DNA of 64,000 bases from Alphaproteobacteria bacterium. GTDB taxonomy: Bacteria > Pseudomonadota > Alphaproteobacteria > Ferrovibrionales > Ferrovibrionaceae. The DNA lies in the NCBI GenBank assembly GCA_026126215.1, contig JAHCJQ010000002.1, positions 16,261 to 80,260 on the forward strand, in the 5' to 3' direction. The notes beneath the pieces were generated by a model, which was not told the origin of the DNA, did not search any database, and saw only the letters and a program-made list of their open reading frames with translations. The position numbers and the translations under genes were made by a program. This document shows, piece by piece, positions 63,426-64,000 of this stretch (the first letter of the stretch is position 1; the number at the start of each line of letters is the position of its first letter).

Positions 63426-64000
63426 CATGACACGTTCATTCGTGAAGTTTGCCGCTGTCCTGATGGCCGGCACGATGCTGGCCGGGGTGGCGGAGGCGCG
63501 GAGCCTGAAATGGGCGCGCTCGGGTGATTCGCTCACCCTCGACCCGCATGCGCAGAACGAAGGCCCGACCTCGACGCTCGCGCACCAGATCTATGAGCCG
63601 CTGGTGACGCGCAAGGTCGATGGCGGGCTGGAGCCGACGCTGGCGACTTCCTGGCGCATCCTGCCCGACGATCCGACGGTGTGGGAATTCAAGCTGCGCC
63701 AGGGCGTGAAGTTCCACAACGGCAATCCCTTCAACGCCGATGACGTGGTCTTCTCGGTCGAGCGCGTGATGTCGCCGACCTCGGACTTCAAGGGCCTCTG
63801 GGCCTCGGTCGAATCCGTGAAGAAGGTCGACGACTACACGGTTCATATCAAGACCAAGGGTCCGAACCCGATCCTGATCCAGAACATGACGAACACGTTC
63901 ATGATGGACAAGGAATGGACCACGGCCAACAAGGCCGAGAAGGTTCAGGACTTCAAGAACAAGGAAGAGAACTTCGCGGTTCGCAATGCCAACGGCACCG
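63426..64000 (+). CDS. ABC transporter substrate-binding protein, family 5 (peptide/nickel type), N-terminal part (runs off the window)
   Basis: Signal peptide MTRSFVKFAAVLMAGTMLAGVAEA, then LDPHAQNEGPT...YEPLV...LATSW...FKLRQGVKFHNG. Confidence 0.85.

Overview
High-GC chromosomal segment. Gene content and synteny look alphaproteobacterial, but the taxon cannot be fixed from sequence alone. I count about 58 protein-coding genes and see no rRNA, tRNA, CRISPR array, transposase, integrase or prophage signature. Calls rest on reading the six-frame track, re-translating key junctions by eye and recognising family motifs from memory; no searches were run and several start codons are uncertain.

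Layout:
- 1-26.5 kb: housekeeping genes. These are glpK (partial), an M48/TPR protease, a GGT-family protein, an aminotransferase, RNase E with a long leader, an AmiC-type amidase, PBP1A, prfB with its programmed +1 frameshift, an M23 peptidase, a short PlsB-like acyltransferase coupled to a lipase-like hydrolase, bcp, glnE, an AsmA/YhdP-like giant protein, tyrS and anmK.
- 26.5-34.6 kb: a complete ISC iron-sulfur operon, cysE-iscR-(nifS-like)-iscS-iscU-iscA-hscB-hscA-fdx-iscX. Two IscR type-1-like boxes lie upstream of cysE, and HscB carries a eukaryote-like tetracysteine N-terminus.
- 34.6-45.1 kb: the most unusual part, a non-canonical paa-like aromatic cluster. It has two stand-alone PaaA-like di-iron proteins in separate operons, paaG-paaI-paaK, an FAD monooxygenase with a small partner, an adrenodoxin-reductase-type flavoprotein coupled to a cupin, a flavodoxin, an orphan 143-aa protein and an MBL-fold protein lacking half its metal ligands. 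PaaB, PaaC, PaaD and PaaE are absent.
- 45-64 kb: a liv-type ABC transporter, a MarR-LLM oxidoreductase operon, an enolase-superfamily enzyme, a DMT transporter, a class III cyclase with TPR, a GMC oxidoreductase, an orphan multi-TM histidine kinase, a PEP-CTERM protein gene with a near-consensus sigma-54 promoter, bdhA, a MoxR/VWA pair and a partial family-5 solute-binding protein.

The many very long ORFs antisense to real genes are GC-driven shadow ORFs.
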